Positions 19,424-29,307 are shown, counted from the stretch's first letter. The stretch: 64,000 bases of DNA from Opitutia bacterium (GCA_947478395.1 CANJVR010000004.1:32001-96000), one strand, 5' to 3'. Made by a program: numbers and translations. Notes: generated by a model from the letters alone, not told the origin.

Positions 19424-20089
19424 CTAGAAATTCGGCACGCCCTCCGGCGTGGAGAGGAGCGTGATAATGGTATCCCGCGTCATCTTGTCATAGGTGAACT
19501 TCAAGCGAAGGCGCTGCGGCGTCGTGGGCTGGCCGGAGTTGTCCCTCTTCAACGTGGTCTCGGTGCTCCAGCGGTTGAGGTTTTCGTCGTAGTAGTCGTA
19601 GGCCAGGGCAGTGACGAGTGGGCTGATGACGATTTCCCGCGGAGGATCATTCTCGAAGCGGGTCTCGAGGCGGGAATGCCAGAGCAGGAGCAAACCCTCA
19701 CCGTCGCGAACTTGGAGTGAACACACCACTTCGGGTAACGGCCGGTCGGGCCACACCATCAGGCGTGAGCCGGCGGGAAGCTCGAACGTGAGCAGGTGGT
19801 CGCTCGCGCCGCCGCCGGGGCGGATTTCCTGCGGAGTGATTGGCGTCGCATTGGTCTGCGCTGAAGGCGGGAGGGCCGCCGCGCGGAGTTCGCGTTCGAG
19901 AAACCGGGTCACGGTTCTCGTGTGCAGGTCGAAGAGACGCACATCGCTGTTGCGGCCCCACAGTTCGCCCATCGAAAAAACGAATTCGTTAAGCGCGATC
20001 AGCATGGCGCCGACGATCGCGAGCGAGATGAGGACTTCGACGAGCGTGAAACCCCGACGGGCGCGAAAAGGGGAGGAGAGGGGCTTCAT
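19424..20089 (-). CDS. gspJ: T2SS minor pseudopilin GspJ (locus 1)
   Basis: RRG|FTLVEVLISLAI prepilin motif; gene order. Confidence 0.75.
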   Translation of the reverse strand: MKPLSSPFRARRGFTLVEVLISLAIVGAMLIALNEFVFSMGELWGRNSDVRLFDLHTRTVTRFLERELRAAALPPSAQTNATPITPQEIRPGGGASDHLLTFELPAGSRLMVWPDRPLPEVVCSLQVRDGEGLLLLWHSRLETRFENDPPREIVISPLVTALAYDYYDENLNRWSTETTLKRDNSGQPTTPQRLRLKFTYDKMTRDTIITLLSTPEGVPNF

Positions 20090-20099
20090 CCAAAAAAGA

Positions 20100-20552
20100 T
20101 TATTTTTTTGTCCCCTGAATTTCCGCGATCCGGTCCCGAATCGTCTGCTTGATCGTGCCGTTTTCCACGGCCTCGGCCCATGTGGGGCGCAGAACCGTAA
20201 ACGTTTGAGTGACCTTCGGGTCGTTGCCGTTCTTTCCGGAATCGGTGATCTCGCAGACGAAGGTAACGGTGAAGAGATCGGGCAGGTTGGTGGCGGCGAT
20301 GGTCGAGCTCCAGCGCACGTGCCGTTTGTCCGGCGGGTCGAAATCAGCGCCGGTTTCGGCCTTGGTGCGATCCGGCTCGGCGAGTAATTGGGCGCGGGCG
20401 AACGTGAGATCCGCGTCGCGCTGATTCGCCCGTTCGGCTGCTTGGTACGCGTTGAGGATATTGAGGTATGCGCTCGCGAGGACTAGCGACGAAAGCGCGA
20501 AAATCATCAGCGCGACCAGCACCTCGATCAGCGTGAAACCGGAGCGGCGCAT
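20100..20552 (-). CDS. gspI: T2SS minor pseudopilin GspI (locus 1)
   Basis: SG|FTLIEVLVALMIFA prepilin motif; gene order. Confidence 0.75.
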   Translation of the reverse strand: MRRSGFTLIEVLVALMIFALSSLVLASAYLNILNAYQAAERANQRDADLTFARAQLLAEPDRTKAETGADFDPPDKRHVRWSSTIAATNLPDLFTVTFVCEITDSGKNGNDPKVTQTFTVLRPTWAEAVENGTIKQTIRDRIAEIQGTKK

Positions 20553-20553
20553 A

Positions 20554-21069
20554 TTATGGTTTCGCCGGGAGAACCGCCGCACAGGTCCAGGGATCGATCG
20601 CGAGGATTTGGGTCCCGCCGTTGGTTCGGATTTGAACGCGGAAAGGCGTGCAAGTGCCGTCGTCGTAAAACGTCACCCCCCCGCGAAGCGGCTGCGTGTC
20701 GTTCACACCGCCAAACCCCGACGTGCCCGCGCCCTTTTGCGTGGAGAAAAAATCCACCGTGGCATCGCCGCCTGCGATGGCGGCGATGGGAAAGGCGCGA
20801 GGCGCAACGCCGTCGTCGACGATTAGCGCCTGCTCCTTCGAATCGAAGCGGAGTTGGATTTCATGCGTCGCTTCCAATGCGGTTTTGCGGGCGGCTTGCA
20901 CCGCTTTCCAAAATACTTCTTCGGGCGAAGGCGTTTTTGGCGCGAGGAGCGAAGTCGTTCCGCCGATGACCAAGCCCGCGAGCAATGCGATGATGGCGAG
21001 GACGACCAAGATTTCGATCAATGTGAAGCCGGGCGCGCGGGTGGCCGTGATGCGCTGCGGATGACTCAT
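20554..21069 (-). CDS. gspH: T2SS minor pseudopilin GspH/FimT-like (locus 1)
   Basis: PG|FTLIEILVVLAII, ARKTAL, VTFYDDGT, IDPWT. Confidence 0.75.
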   Translation of the reverse strand: MSHPQRITATRAPGFTLIEILVVLAIIALLAGLVIGGTTSLLAPKTPSPEEVFWKAVQAARKTALEATHEIQLRFDSKEQALIVDDGVAPRAFPIAAIAGGDATVDFFSTQKGAGTSGFGGVNDTQPLRGGVTFYDDGTCTPFRVQIRTNGGTQILAIDPWTCAAVLPAKP

Positions 21070-21088
21070 GGGCCGTGGGCTGGTCGAT

Positions 21089-21164
21089 GGAGGTGGGTGG
21101 TCCACTCCCCGCTGAGACGGAGCTGGTCGAACGACATTTTGCGGGGTGAGGGCGCCGCGCCCAC
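21089..21164. repeat. REP doublet (family A) between gspG and gspH
   Basis: GGAGGTGGGTGGTCCACTCCCCGC facing GCGGGGTGAGGGCGCCGCGCCCAC. Confidence 0.6.
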
Positions 21165-21233
21165 CATGGTCGTTGGCGGCATCAGCGAAAGCAGCGTGCG
21201 CCACCTTAGCTTTTCCGCCAGCCCGCTCATGGT

Positions 21234-21722
21234 TCACTTTGGCGCGTTGAGAGCGGCGGGCGGAGCCCAGTTGCCGATGTCGTCTTCGTTGCCGTCGATT
21301 TTATCCGGACCCTTTGAATAGAGATCGTAATTGGATTTATTCTTCGTGCCCGGGTAGCGGTATTGATACGGCTCGCCCCAAGGATCCAGGATCGGGACCT
21401 GCGTTGTTTCTTTGATGTAGGGTCCGCGCCAATTCGGTTTGTTGGCCGGCGCTACGACCAGTGCCGCTATGCCTTCGACGGTGGACGGGTAATCGCCATT
21501 GGCGATTTTGTAGGTGAGCAGGCTGGTGCTCATGCTTTGGTTCACGAAGATTTCCGCGGTCTTGATCTTCGCGCCGCCGAAAAGGCTGTCGATGTTAGCG
21601 ACGGTCAGACCGAAGAGCAGACCGATGATCGCGAGGACGACGAGGATTTCGATCAGGGTGAATCCAGCGGATCGAGGGCGCGGCCGGACGAAGGGACGAT
21701 GGGACGGAGCGAAGAGTCGCAT
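21234..21722 (-). CDS. gspG: T2SS major pseudopilin GspG (locus 1)
   Basis: AG|FTLIEILVVLAIIG, YPSTVEG..AL, WRGPYI, DPWGEPYQYRYPG, SKGPD..GNEDDIGNW. Confidence 0.93.
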   Translation of the reverse strand: MRLFAPSHRPFVRPRPRSAGFTLIEILVVLAIIGLLFGLTVANIDSLFGGAKIKTAEIFVNQSMSTSLLTYKIANGDYPSTVEGIAALVVAPANKPNWRGPYIKETTQVPILDPWGEPYQYRYPGTKNKSNYDLYSKGPDKIDGNEDDIGNWAPPAALNAPK

Positions 21723-21935
21723 GGTGGTGAGAGAGTTGGTGATGCGGAGGGACGTTGTCGAGACACACGCGGGACGATGGCGGGCGGGAAAGCTGAGAGG
21801 GTGGCTTAAATTTATCGAATCCGAACTTCGGAGTAGCGGAACGGCGGAGCGTTGCGGAAAACGCCCTCGCAAGACCTATGGCTTCCGTTGGGCCGATCGC
21901 CTTTGGATTCGGCTTCGGCGGCATGGGAGATCTTC

Positions 21936-21994
21936 AACCCCGGATTTCGCAGATGCCATGGATGGCAATTCTCTGATCGGTGAAATCCGTGGTT
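21936..21994. repeat. Short inverted-repeat (MITE/REP-like) element
   Basis: AACCCCGGATTTCGCAGAT ... ATCGGTGAAATCCGTGGTT imperfect 19-bp inverted arms; intergenic. Confidence 0.55.
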
Positions 21995-22163
21995 ATAGGA
22001 AAAAACGTTTCGAGCGACAGGTGAGAAAGGTCGGCGGGGAGCGGGAGAAAGCGGTTAATCTGAATAAAAATATCCGGTGGTTGCGCGACCAGTCCGCCGG
22101 CGCAGGGCAACCTCTCGCAAGCGAGGGGACCAACTAGCGGATACCAACACGACAATGTTCCGG

Positions 22164-22724
22164 CTACGGGGGAGTCAGCAACGAGTCGTCTTGAGTTCCG
22201 AATTTCCTATCGGGTCCCGCGGAACGCAGTTCCATGCGGTCGCTGGCTAAGGCGTGAAACCGGAAGGGTGTGCCCCAGCGGTCGCAGAGTTCGCCGGCGG
22301 CATTGATCGCGGGATGATCGCGCGGGATGAGCGGCAGGCGCAGCGGATTGTTGCCCGTGAGGGCGGCCGTGATCTCGGTGTTTTCGCCCCAAGGGTTACC
22401 CAAGCGGGGAAAGTCCAGCCGCCAGCTGATGAACACGTCATTAAGCATCTGCAAATCGCGGCCGATGCTGCCGGCAGGAGCGTTGAGTTCGGCCGCGAGT
22501 GAAACGGGAATTTCTGCCGGACCTGGGTCTGCGGTCGGCGGCAGATTTTCGGGTTGGGTTTTGACCGTGGCGCGGTCGGCGGCGGTGGACGACGCCGGGA
22601 ACTGCGGCGGGTTGGAAGTGGGCTGATTTGATTCAGCCGTGATGGGTTTATGGGGCCAGAGCCACCAAGCGATCAGCGCAAGACCAAGCGGGAGAACGAG
22701 GACGAAGATTCGACGGAAATTCAT
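22164..22724 (-). CDS. Membrane-anchored protein with a GspG-like C-terminal signature
   Basis: N-terminal TM, Pro-rich linker, DRWGTPFRF..RSAGPDRKFGTQDD; no prepilin G|FxxxE site. Confidence 0.65.
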   Translation of the reverse strand: MNFRRIFVLVLPLGLALIAWWLWPHKPITAESNQPTSNPPQFPASSTAADRATVKTQPENLPPTADPGPAEIPVSLAAELNAPAGSIGRDLQMLNDVFISWRLDFPRLGNPWGENTEITAALTGNNPLRLPLIPRDHPAINAAGELCDRWGTPFRFHALASDRMELRSAGPDRKFGTQDDSLLTPP

Positions 22725-22815
22725 ACAGAGGTAAACCGCAACGCGCGGACGCAGCGGGCCTGGTTGCGCTGCTATCTCGTGAACTGGAGGAAAGCGCGGC
22801 GCCTTCGCTGACGGG

Positions 22816-24294
22816 TCAAAGGAAGGCGACGTTGGCGCGCGCGAAACGTCCGATGTTGGGCAGGATTACGGGGAGATTGGTGGCGCTGACGCCGAACCAA
22901 CTCGCGAGGGTCGCGCTGTACTCATCGACACTCGTCGTGGGAATCCAGTTACCGCGAGTGCCGGAGTCATCGGGGCCGCTGCGGGTGAGGTTAGGCATCG
23001 CGCCATAGATGTCGCCGCCTTTAACCGCACCGCCGACGATCATGTGGTGGGAGCCCCAGCCGTGGTCGGAGCCGTCGCCGTTGGTGTTGTAGGTCCGGCC
23101 GAAGTCGGAGGCCGTGAACGTCGTGACTTGATTGGCGACGCCCATGTACGCCGTGGCGTCGTAAAAAGCGGCGAGGCTGCGCGAGACGTCGGCAATCAGG
23201 TTGGCGTGGGTACCGGTGGCGGTAGCGCCGGCGGTAACCTGCTGATCGTGCAAATCCCAGCCGCCCACGCGGGCGAAAAAGATCTGCCGATTGAGCCCGA
23301 GCGTCGGGCCGGCGGCGATAAGGCGCGCGATGGTTTTGAGTTGCTGGCCGAGGCTGGTGTTGGGGAAAGCCGTGGTGAAAGGAAGCGTGGCGTTGGCAGC
23401 GAGGACATTGGCCAGCAGTGCGCTGTCGGCGATGGCGTTGGCGGTGAGGCCGCCGAAAGCGGTTTCAAACAGATTGTTGTTTTGCGCGGCGAGGAGATCG
23501 TTTTGCGCTTTAGTGCGGATGCTTTGGAAACTGGTCCCAGTCGGCGTGGCGGAACCGCTGAGGGCGATCGCGCCGTTGGTGCTGACGGAATATTGCGCGA
23601 CGTTCCGGCCCACCTGGAACGAGTTTTGTCCGTTCAGCGTGATGGACATCGAAATCGAGTTATTCTTATTAAGGGTATCGGTGAGGTCCGCCATGCGGCC
23701 GCCCCAGCCGGTGCTGAATCCTTTGTCCGCGATGCTTGCCTGCCATTCGACCTGCTGGTCATTGTGCGAAAATAGCGACAGCGGCAGTGGAACCGAACGG
23801 GCGCTGTACTGGGCCTTGGTCGTGGGGACGGCGAGGGAGCCGACGTTGGCCAGTAGCGCCATCTTGCCGGAATCGAAGAGCGATTTCAGGCCGGTGGTGT
23901 TGGTGCCGGCGACGTCTGCGTTCAGGCTGGGATGCAAGCCCCAAGCCCGGCCGTCGGAGGTTTTTGGGTTGAGGCCGAGGAGGGCGCTTTGTGGCAGGGC
24001 GAGCGCGCCGCGTCCACCGGTGACCGAAGAATAATTGGCGTAGCCGGTCGTGTCGTTGGGGATGATGAAATTGTTGGCGTCGTTGCCGCCGGAGAGAAAC
24101 AGGCAAACGAGCGCCTTGTAGTCGGGGGCGGTGGCCCCCGACGCTGTGACGGTTTTGGTGTCGGCGCTCGCAATCGCGCCGGTGAGGCGGAGTTGGGCGA
24201 GGGTGGACAGCATCCCCGTGGAACCGACGGCGGCGCAGCAGGAACCGATGAATTTCCGGCGGGAAAGATCTTCAGAGGGGTTTTTTGGATTCAT
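22816..24294 (-). CDS. DUF1501 family protein with Tat signal
   Basis: SRRKFI twin-arginine motif; DYKALVCLFLSGGND, LFSHNDQ, GGWDLH, SDFGRT, GSDHGWG. Confidence 0.9.
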   Translation of the reverse strand: MNPKNPSEDLSRRKFIGSCCAAVGSTGMLSTLAQLRLTGAIASADTKTVTASGATAPDYKALVCLFLSGGNDANNFIIPNDTTGYANYSSVTGGRGALALPQSALLGLNPKTSDGRAWGLHPSLNADVAGTNTTGLKSLFDSGKMALLANVGSLAVPTTKAQYSARSVPLPLSLFSHNDQQVEWQASIADKGFSTGWGGRMADLTDTLNKNNSISMSITLNGQNSFQVGRNVAQYSVSTNGAIALSGSATPTGTSFQSIRTKAQNDLLAAQNNNLFETAFGGLTANAIADSALLANVLAANATLPFTTAFPNTSLGQQLKTIARLIAAGPTLGLNRQIFFARVGGWDLHDQQVTAGATATGTHANLIADVSRSLAAFYDATAYMGVANQVTTFTASDFGRTYNTNGDGSDHGWGSHHMIVGGAVKGGDIYGAMPNLTRSGPDDSGTRGNWIPTTSVDEYSATLASWFGVSATNLPVILPNIGRFARANVAFL

Positions 24295-24351
24295 GGCGGA
24301 CGGGGTGCGGGATTTTTGAGTTAAGTTGCGCGATGCTCGATTTCGGCGGTC

Positions 24352-27300
24352 TTATTTTTGAATCGATCCTTCGGGCGAGCTGACGGTTAGGTAGATCGCG
24401 GAACGGATCCGATCGGTGTCGCTTGTCGAGGTCGGCATCGCATTCAAGGCGGTGACGATCCTGGTGATCATTGAGGGGGGCATGCTGCTGCCGCTGAGTA
24501 CGAGATTCATGTAGTCGGTGAGACCCTGGGAGTTTTTCGCGATCGGTAGTACCGCCGTATAGTCGAGTCCGACGGTGGTCGCATTGCGGACGCGATTGAT
24601 GAGCGAATCGTAGAGGTAGTTCGGGATCGTGATGGCGCTCGTGTCGGTGAGGATTTGGAATTCTGGCGCGTAGAGGCCGGCCGCCGCGATGGCACCGGGG
24701 TAGACGTAGCCGGGTTCGAAGAAATTAAACACGGTCGGCGCGCGGCCGGCGGTCTGGAATAAATTGGCGTCGGTCGTGCTCAACGTGAAGCGACCGGAGT
24801 CGCTATTACCGGCGAAGGCCCGCAAGAGCGCGGTGGCGCGCAGCAACGGCTCCTTGGCCTTGCCGTAACTCGGGCTGTTGACGAAGGCGGGGGAGCGGGC
24901 CTCGTAGTCGAGGAGAATGGCGCGGACGACGGCGCCGAGATCGCCGCGGACGTTGGCGCCGTTGTTCGCGAAAACTTGGGCGACGCGGTAAACGTAGCCG
25001 GGGCTCGGATTACTCGTGACGAGCCGCTGAATCAGTTCCTTGGATATGAACGGGCCGGTGTTCGGATGATTGAAAAGTGTGTCGAGCGTATCCTTCAGAT
25101 CTTTCACCCCGCCCTGCGCTGCCGGCAGGATTTTACCGCCGACAATCGTTTTCGTCGCGTCATCATGGAACGCGGGAAAAAGCGTCATCGGGTTGATGTA
25201 ATTTTCACTGATGCCCCCGCCGCCGCGGAAAGATGAGTTGGTCGGCTGATAGTAACCCCATCCGGTAAAAACCTTCGCGGTTTCGACGATGGTTTGCTGG
25301 GTGTAAGTCGGAATGGGCTGACCGTTGGGATCCAGCTTCAACGTACCGTCAGGCTGGAGCTCGTTGAGCCCGATGGTGAAAAGCTGCATGATTTCACGCG
25401 CATAGTTTTCGTCGGCTTGCGTGAGTTGGATACCCTTGCTGTCGAAGGTGGCTTTGCCGTTGCGCAGCGCGCTGAGATAAATGCCCATGTTCGGGCTAAG
25501 CGTTACGTTCTCCAGCAGGTCGCGGAAATTACCGAAGGCGCCGCTGACCAAAAGATCGTAGTAAACGGTATGGCCGTCTTCCCAATTGGCGATGGTGCTG
25601 TTTTGGTCTGATGTGACGAGGATTTCGCTCAGCGCGAAGGCGACGCGCTGACGCAGCTGATCGGGCGCCGTGGTCGCAAGCTTCCACCACGCGTGCGTGC
25701 GGTTGTTCACGCTGATTCGGGTATTGGGTGCGCCGGTCGTCGGGGAGCCGGTACCGGTGGAATTGTTCGCCACGAAATCCGCGCTGGCCTCCGCAAAATG
25801 AAGCGAGGCGGGGAGTGCCATCTGTTCGTTGATCCAGTTCGAGTAGCCTTTGGCCGGAAGGGCCACGATCTCATCGCCTCGTGGGCCGAAGGTGGCCTGA
25901 GTGAGGAAACGCGCCGCGTCGGGGGCGGAGATTTTCGCGAGGTTGATGGCGGGCGCTGCCGCCGGCGCATTGAACGCGGCCGAGCCGGAGCTCTTCAGAT
26001 AACTGCCGGTGAGTTCGCCCGTCGGGAAGCTGGCGGTATCGATGCTGATCGTGACGCGACCAGCTTTGAGCGCAGCGATCAGATCGGCTTTGGTGTAGAT
26101 TCCGACCGGCGAAAAATCCCACGGCGCGTTGCCCACCTGTCCTTGCGGCAGGGTGAAGACGTAGTTGCCGTCAATCGCGAGATGCGCGACAACCTCCGGC
26201 GAACTCAAATTAGTGAACGCAACGTTCACCAAGGCCGAGTTTCCGTCGGCGCTCAACTGGATGGTGCCAGTGCCGTAAGCCGTGGATCCACTGACCGACC
26301 CGGGTGTCCGGAGATTGGAAACGTAAAGCGAGCCCGAGTTGTAGAAGATGGCGACGCTGGCGTTGTCATTGGCGCCGACACCGTAGGAGTTGTTGGGAAC
26401 GAGGGTGAGCGTGGCGGTGCGGTTATTCAGATTCAGTGCGTTGGACTTTGGGACCAAGGTCACGGTGGCCGTGCTTACACCGGCGGGAAAAGAAACCACG
26501 CCGGTCAGCGGTTGATAGTCCGTGCCGGAAACGGCGGTGCCTCCGACGGTATAACTTACATTGATCGCCGACGAATTATTGCCGACGCGCGTAAACGTGA
26601 AAACGCCGGGAGCAGAACCTTGAGTGTCGGTGGCCGCGACGGAAGCGGTAACGCTCACCGTGGACAGAGTCTCAGAGGTCAGATCGTAGACCTCGACGAG
26701 TGCCACACCGCCGACACCGCCGACGCCTGCGACTTGGATCGTGTAAGCGCCCGGGTTGAGGTCGATCACCATGGCGTCGTCCTTCGAGCCCGTGGGAAAA
26801 GGGAAGGCGCCCGCTTGCGTGGTGGCGGCCGTGATTACGCCCCCGGTATTGGCAAGGTCCCAGTCCCGGCTGGAGCCATTGGCGATGATCGTAGTGCCGC
26901 TATAAATCGAGAATACCGGATCGTTGATGGCGTTCGGCACGCCGAACGCGGTCAAGGCTGGTCCGGCAGCGCGGATAAGTAAGTGGCGCGGACCGCCTCC
27001 GGTCGCAATGACGAGTCCGGAAATAAGTACGCCGCCGGCAACGCTGGGACCGCCCGGATTGATCACCGCGCGCGTGGAGAGATTCAACAGGCGGGCCGAG
27101 CCGCTGATGTCGTAGACTTCGAGGAGGCCGACGCCGACGGTATTGTTTACGCCGCTGACCTGGGCCGTGTATGCCCCGGGCGATAGCGTCGCGACCAAGG
27201 CGGAGTCGTTGCCCGAAATCGCGAACGCCCCTACGGCGGTAGTGGCGGCCGCCAGCGCCGTATCGGTCGTGTCCCAGTTGTCGCTCTGCAGTACCAGTTG

Positions 27301-27588
27301 ATTGTTGCTGTTGAAAAGGCTGAGCGTGGGATTGGCCAAGGTCCCCGTGAGATTGAAGGGCGCGGCGGCGAGGCGCTGGCCGACGGCCCGAATCAGAATT
27401 TTTTTCGGTGCTCCGTCATTTACGACGAAGCCCGTGATCATGATGTTGACGCCGGTGCCCACCTGTCCGCGCGTGGAAAGATTCGCGAGCCGCTGATCGT
27501 ACTGGCTGGCCGCGTGGGAGGGAGAAAGCGTGAGCGCGCCAATCAGGGCAAACGCAGCCGAGGAGGAAATTAAGCGCAGGGTTTTCAT
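24352..27588 (-). CDS. DUF1800 family protein with N-terminal RLxNLSxR x2, Calx-beta and CHRD-like domains
   Basis: Signal peptide; AARFLTQATFG, DQLRQRVAFALSEI, DENYAREIMQLFTIG, HPNTGPF..LIQRLVTSNPSPGYV; Calx-beta (GGTAVSGTDY); CHRD-like FPTGELTG. Confidence 0.88.
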   Translation of the reverse strand: MKTLRLISSSAAFALIGALTLSPSHAASQYDQRLANLSTRGQVGTGVNIMITGFVVNDGAPKKILIRAVGQRLAAAPFNLTGTLANPTLSLFNSNNQLVLQSDNWDTTDTALAAATTAVGAFAISGNDSALVATLSPGAYTAQVSGVNNTVGVGLLEVYDISGSARLLNLSTRAVINPGGPSVAGGVLISGLVIATGGGPRHLLIRAAGPALTAFGVPNAINDPVFSIYSGTTIIANGSSRDWDLANTGGVITAATTQAGAFPFPTGSKDDAMVIDLNPGAYTIQVAGVGGVGGVALVEVYDLTSETLSTVSVTASVAATDTQGSAPGVFTFTRVGNNSSAINVSYTVGGTAVSGTDYQPLTGVVSFPAGVSTATVTLVPKSNALNLNNRTATLTLVPNNSYGVGANDNASVAIFYNSGSLYVSNLRTPGSVSGSTAYGTGTIQLSADGNSALVNVAFTNLSSPEVVAHLAIDGNYVFTLPQGQVGNAPWDFSPVGIYTKADLIAALKAGRVTISIDTASFPTGELTGSYLKSSGSAAFNAPAAAPAINLAKISAPDAARFLTQATFGPRGDEIVALPAKGYSNWINEQMALPASLHFAEASADFVANNSTGTGSPTTGAPNTRISVNNRTHAWWKLATTAPDQLRQRVAFALSEILVTSDQNSTIANWEDGHTVYYDLLVSGAFGNFRDLLENVTLSPNMGIYLSALRNGKATFDSKGIQLTQADENYAREIMQLFTIGLNELQPDGTLKLDPNGQPIPTYTQQTIVETAKVFTGWGYYQPTNSSFRGGGGISENYINPMTLFPAFHDDATKTIVGGKILPAAQGGVKDLKDTLDTLFNHPNTGPFISKELIQRLVTSNPSPGYVYRVAQVFANNGANVRGDLGAVVRAILLDYEARSPAFVNSPSYGKAKEPLLRATALLRAFAGNSDSGRFTLSTTDANLFQTAGRAPTVFNFFEPGYVYPGAIAAAGLYAPEFQILTDTSAITIPNYLYDSLINRVRNATTVGLDYTAVLPIAKNSQGLTDYMNLVLSGSSMPPSMITRIVTALNAMPTSTSDTDRIRSAIYLTVSSPEGSIQK

Positions 27589-27827
27589 GGTAGCAGCAGT
27601 GAGGGGCAAAAAAGGACCACGGCGGGGAAAGCGTGGCAGTTTGACGTCAGAATCCTTTTTAATAAGACAGACCGATTTTCTGTATAAGTCGATGGCTTAG
27701 TGGCGAGGGCTGGTAAGTGTCAGCACGGCACGAATTCGTGCATGATTTGAATTCGGGGTGTCGCGCCGAAATATGCAGATTCAGCGGTCGGCCACGCGGC
27801 TGTCCGATAGCGAATGGGACGAATGGC

Positions 27828-27840
27828 GGACACGTGTCTT
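27828..27840. promoter_or_regulatory. Candidate operator GGACACGTGTCTT (copy 1)
   Basis: Palindromic core GACACGTGTC; identical 13-mer at 53873-53885. Confidence 0.45.
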
Positions 27841-27883
27841 TCGGATTGCGCTCGGGGGCGCGCTGCCACTCAACGGTTGAACT

Positions 27884-29302
27884 GTGCAGACGCCCCTTCC
27901 TCTCCGCCGTTTTTTTCTCCGATCGATGGTTTTGGCCGCTTGGTTCGCAACTTCCGCGTGGGGAGATGGGCCGTATCGGAATCGCGACAACAAGCAGGTG
28001 GACGATGCCGGCGAGCCCACCTATCCGGTCCCATATCAATTGCCGACAGTGGCCGAAATCACGGAGGTGCTAAACCGCGTGCGGGGGTATTTGGACACAG
28101 CCGCGCCCACCCGGGTGATCGACCGCAAGACCGGCCGCGCGATCACGGATTTCGCGGTGCCGGTCGAAACGGCCGTCGCTGACGCCGGATCGGCGAACTT
28201 CAGTGCGCTCGCCTACGAGATGGGCGTGGTGCACGCCGGGATGCTCAAGGCCGCCGCGATCACTGGGGATGCCCGCTTTGTCGCATTCACGGAGCGACAC
28301 ATGCGTTTCCTGGCGGAACGCACGCCGTATTTTCGCGCTCAGGAGGAAAAATTTCACCTCGAGCGGGCCAACAGTTTTGCGCGGTTGCTCGACCCGCGCG
28401 CGCTCGACGATAGCGGGTCGATGGACGCGGCGCTGATTCGTGCGCGTCTTGGGAAAGTCGGGCCGGATTTACTGCCGGTGATTCAACGGTGGAGCGACTA
28501 CATCGCGAAAAAACAGTTTCGCTTTTCCGACGGTACGCTCGCCCGGCAGCGTCCGCAGGCTCAATCGCTCTGGTCGGATGATTTCTACATGAGCGTGCCC
28601 GCACTGGCGGAGATGGGACGCATGACTGGCGAGCGCGCCTGGTTCGACGACGCGGTGAAGAACGTTCTCCAGATGTCGGGGTATTTGTTTAACCCGCGCC
28701 TGAATATTTTCGCTCATGGCTACAACGCAAACAACCCCGACGCTCCGCAATTTTACTGGGGACGCGCCAGCGGCTGGCCGGTGCTCGCCATGTGCGACTT
28801 GCTCGACGTGCTGCCTAAGAATCACCCGGGCTATGAAAAAGTTCTGGCTCAACTGCGCGCTGTCTTGCGCGGCGTCGCGCAGTTTCAATCCGGCCGCGGC
28901 CTCTGGCACCAGTTGCTCGATCGCAACGATTCGTACCTGGAAACCTCGGCGAGCGCGATGTTCGTGTACGGCTATGCGCACGCGATTAACGAGGGATGGA
29001 TCAGTCCGACCACCTACGGCTCAATCGCGCAGGCAGGCTGGACGGGCCTGGTCACCCGCGTGAATCCGAAAGGCCAGGTCGAGGGCACTTGCGTCGGCAC
29101 CACGTTTGCGAGCGACCCGATTTATTATTACGAACGACCGGCGAGCGTCGATGCGTTGCACGGGTATGGTCCGACGCTACTGGCCGGCTCGGAGATGATC
29201 CGTCTGCTTAAAAATCCAGCGATCGATATTCAGATCAAGCTGCGGACGTATCACTATGTGCCGAAGGACGGGGGAAAAACGGATTACCGGGAGCACCAAT
29301 GA
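27884..29302 (+). CDS. Glycoside hydrolase family 105/88 (unsaturated rhamnogalacturonyl/glucuronyl hydrolase)
   Basis: LDDSGS, LWSDDFYM, YWGRASGW, GLWHQLLD..SYLETSASAM, DALHGYG; start uncertain (27884 or 27926). Confidence 0.9.
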   Translation: MQTPLPLRRFFLRSMVLAAWFATSAWGDGPYRNRDNKQVDDAGEPTYPVPYQLPTVAEITEVLNRVRGYLDTAAPTRVIDRKTGRAITDFAVPVETAVADAGSANFSALAYEMGVVHAGMLKAAAITGDARFVAFTERHMRFLAERTPYFRAQEEKFHLERANSFARLLDPRALDDSGSMDAALIRARLGKVGPDLLPVIQRWSDYIAKKQFRFSDGTLARQRPQAQSLWSDDFYMSVPALAEMGRMTGERAWFDDAVKNVLQMSGYLFNPRLNIFAHGYNANNPDAPQFYWGRASGWPVLAMCDLLDVLPKNHPGYEKVLAQLRAVLRGVAQFQSGRGLWHQLLDRNDSYLETSASAMFVYGYAHAINEGWISPTTYGSIAQAGWTGLVTRVNPKGQVEGTCVGTTFASDPIYYYERPASVDALHGYGPTLLAGSEMIRLLKNPAIDIQIKLRTYHYVPKDGGKTDYREHQ

Positions 29303-29307
29303 GTGCG

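Noticed and set aside
16463..21722. Type IV pilus or competence interpretation of the pilin clusters
   Set aside because: GspG-type major pilin signatures and GspK are present, and no PilT or PilQ-type genes are seen; T2SS fits better.
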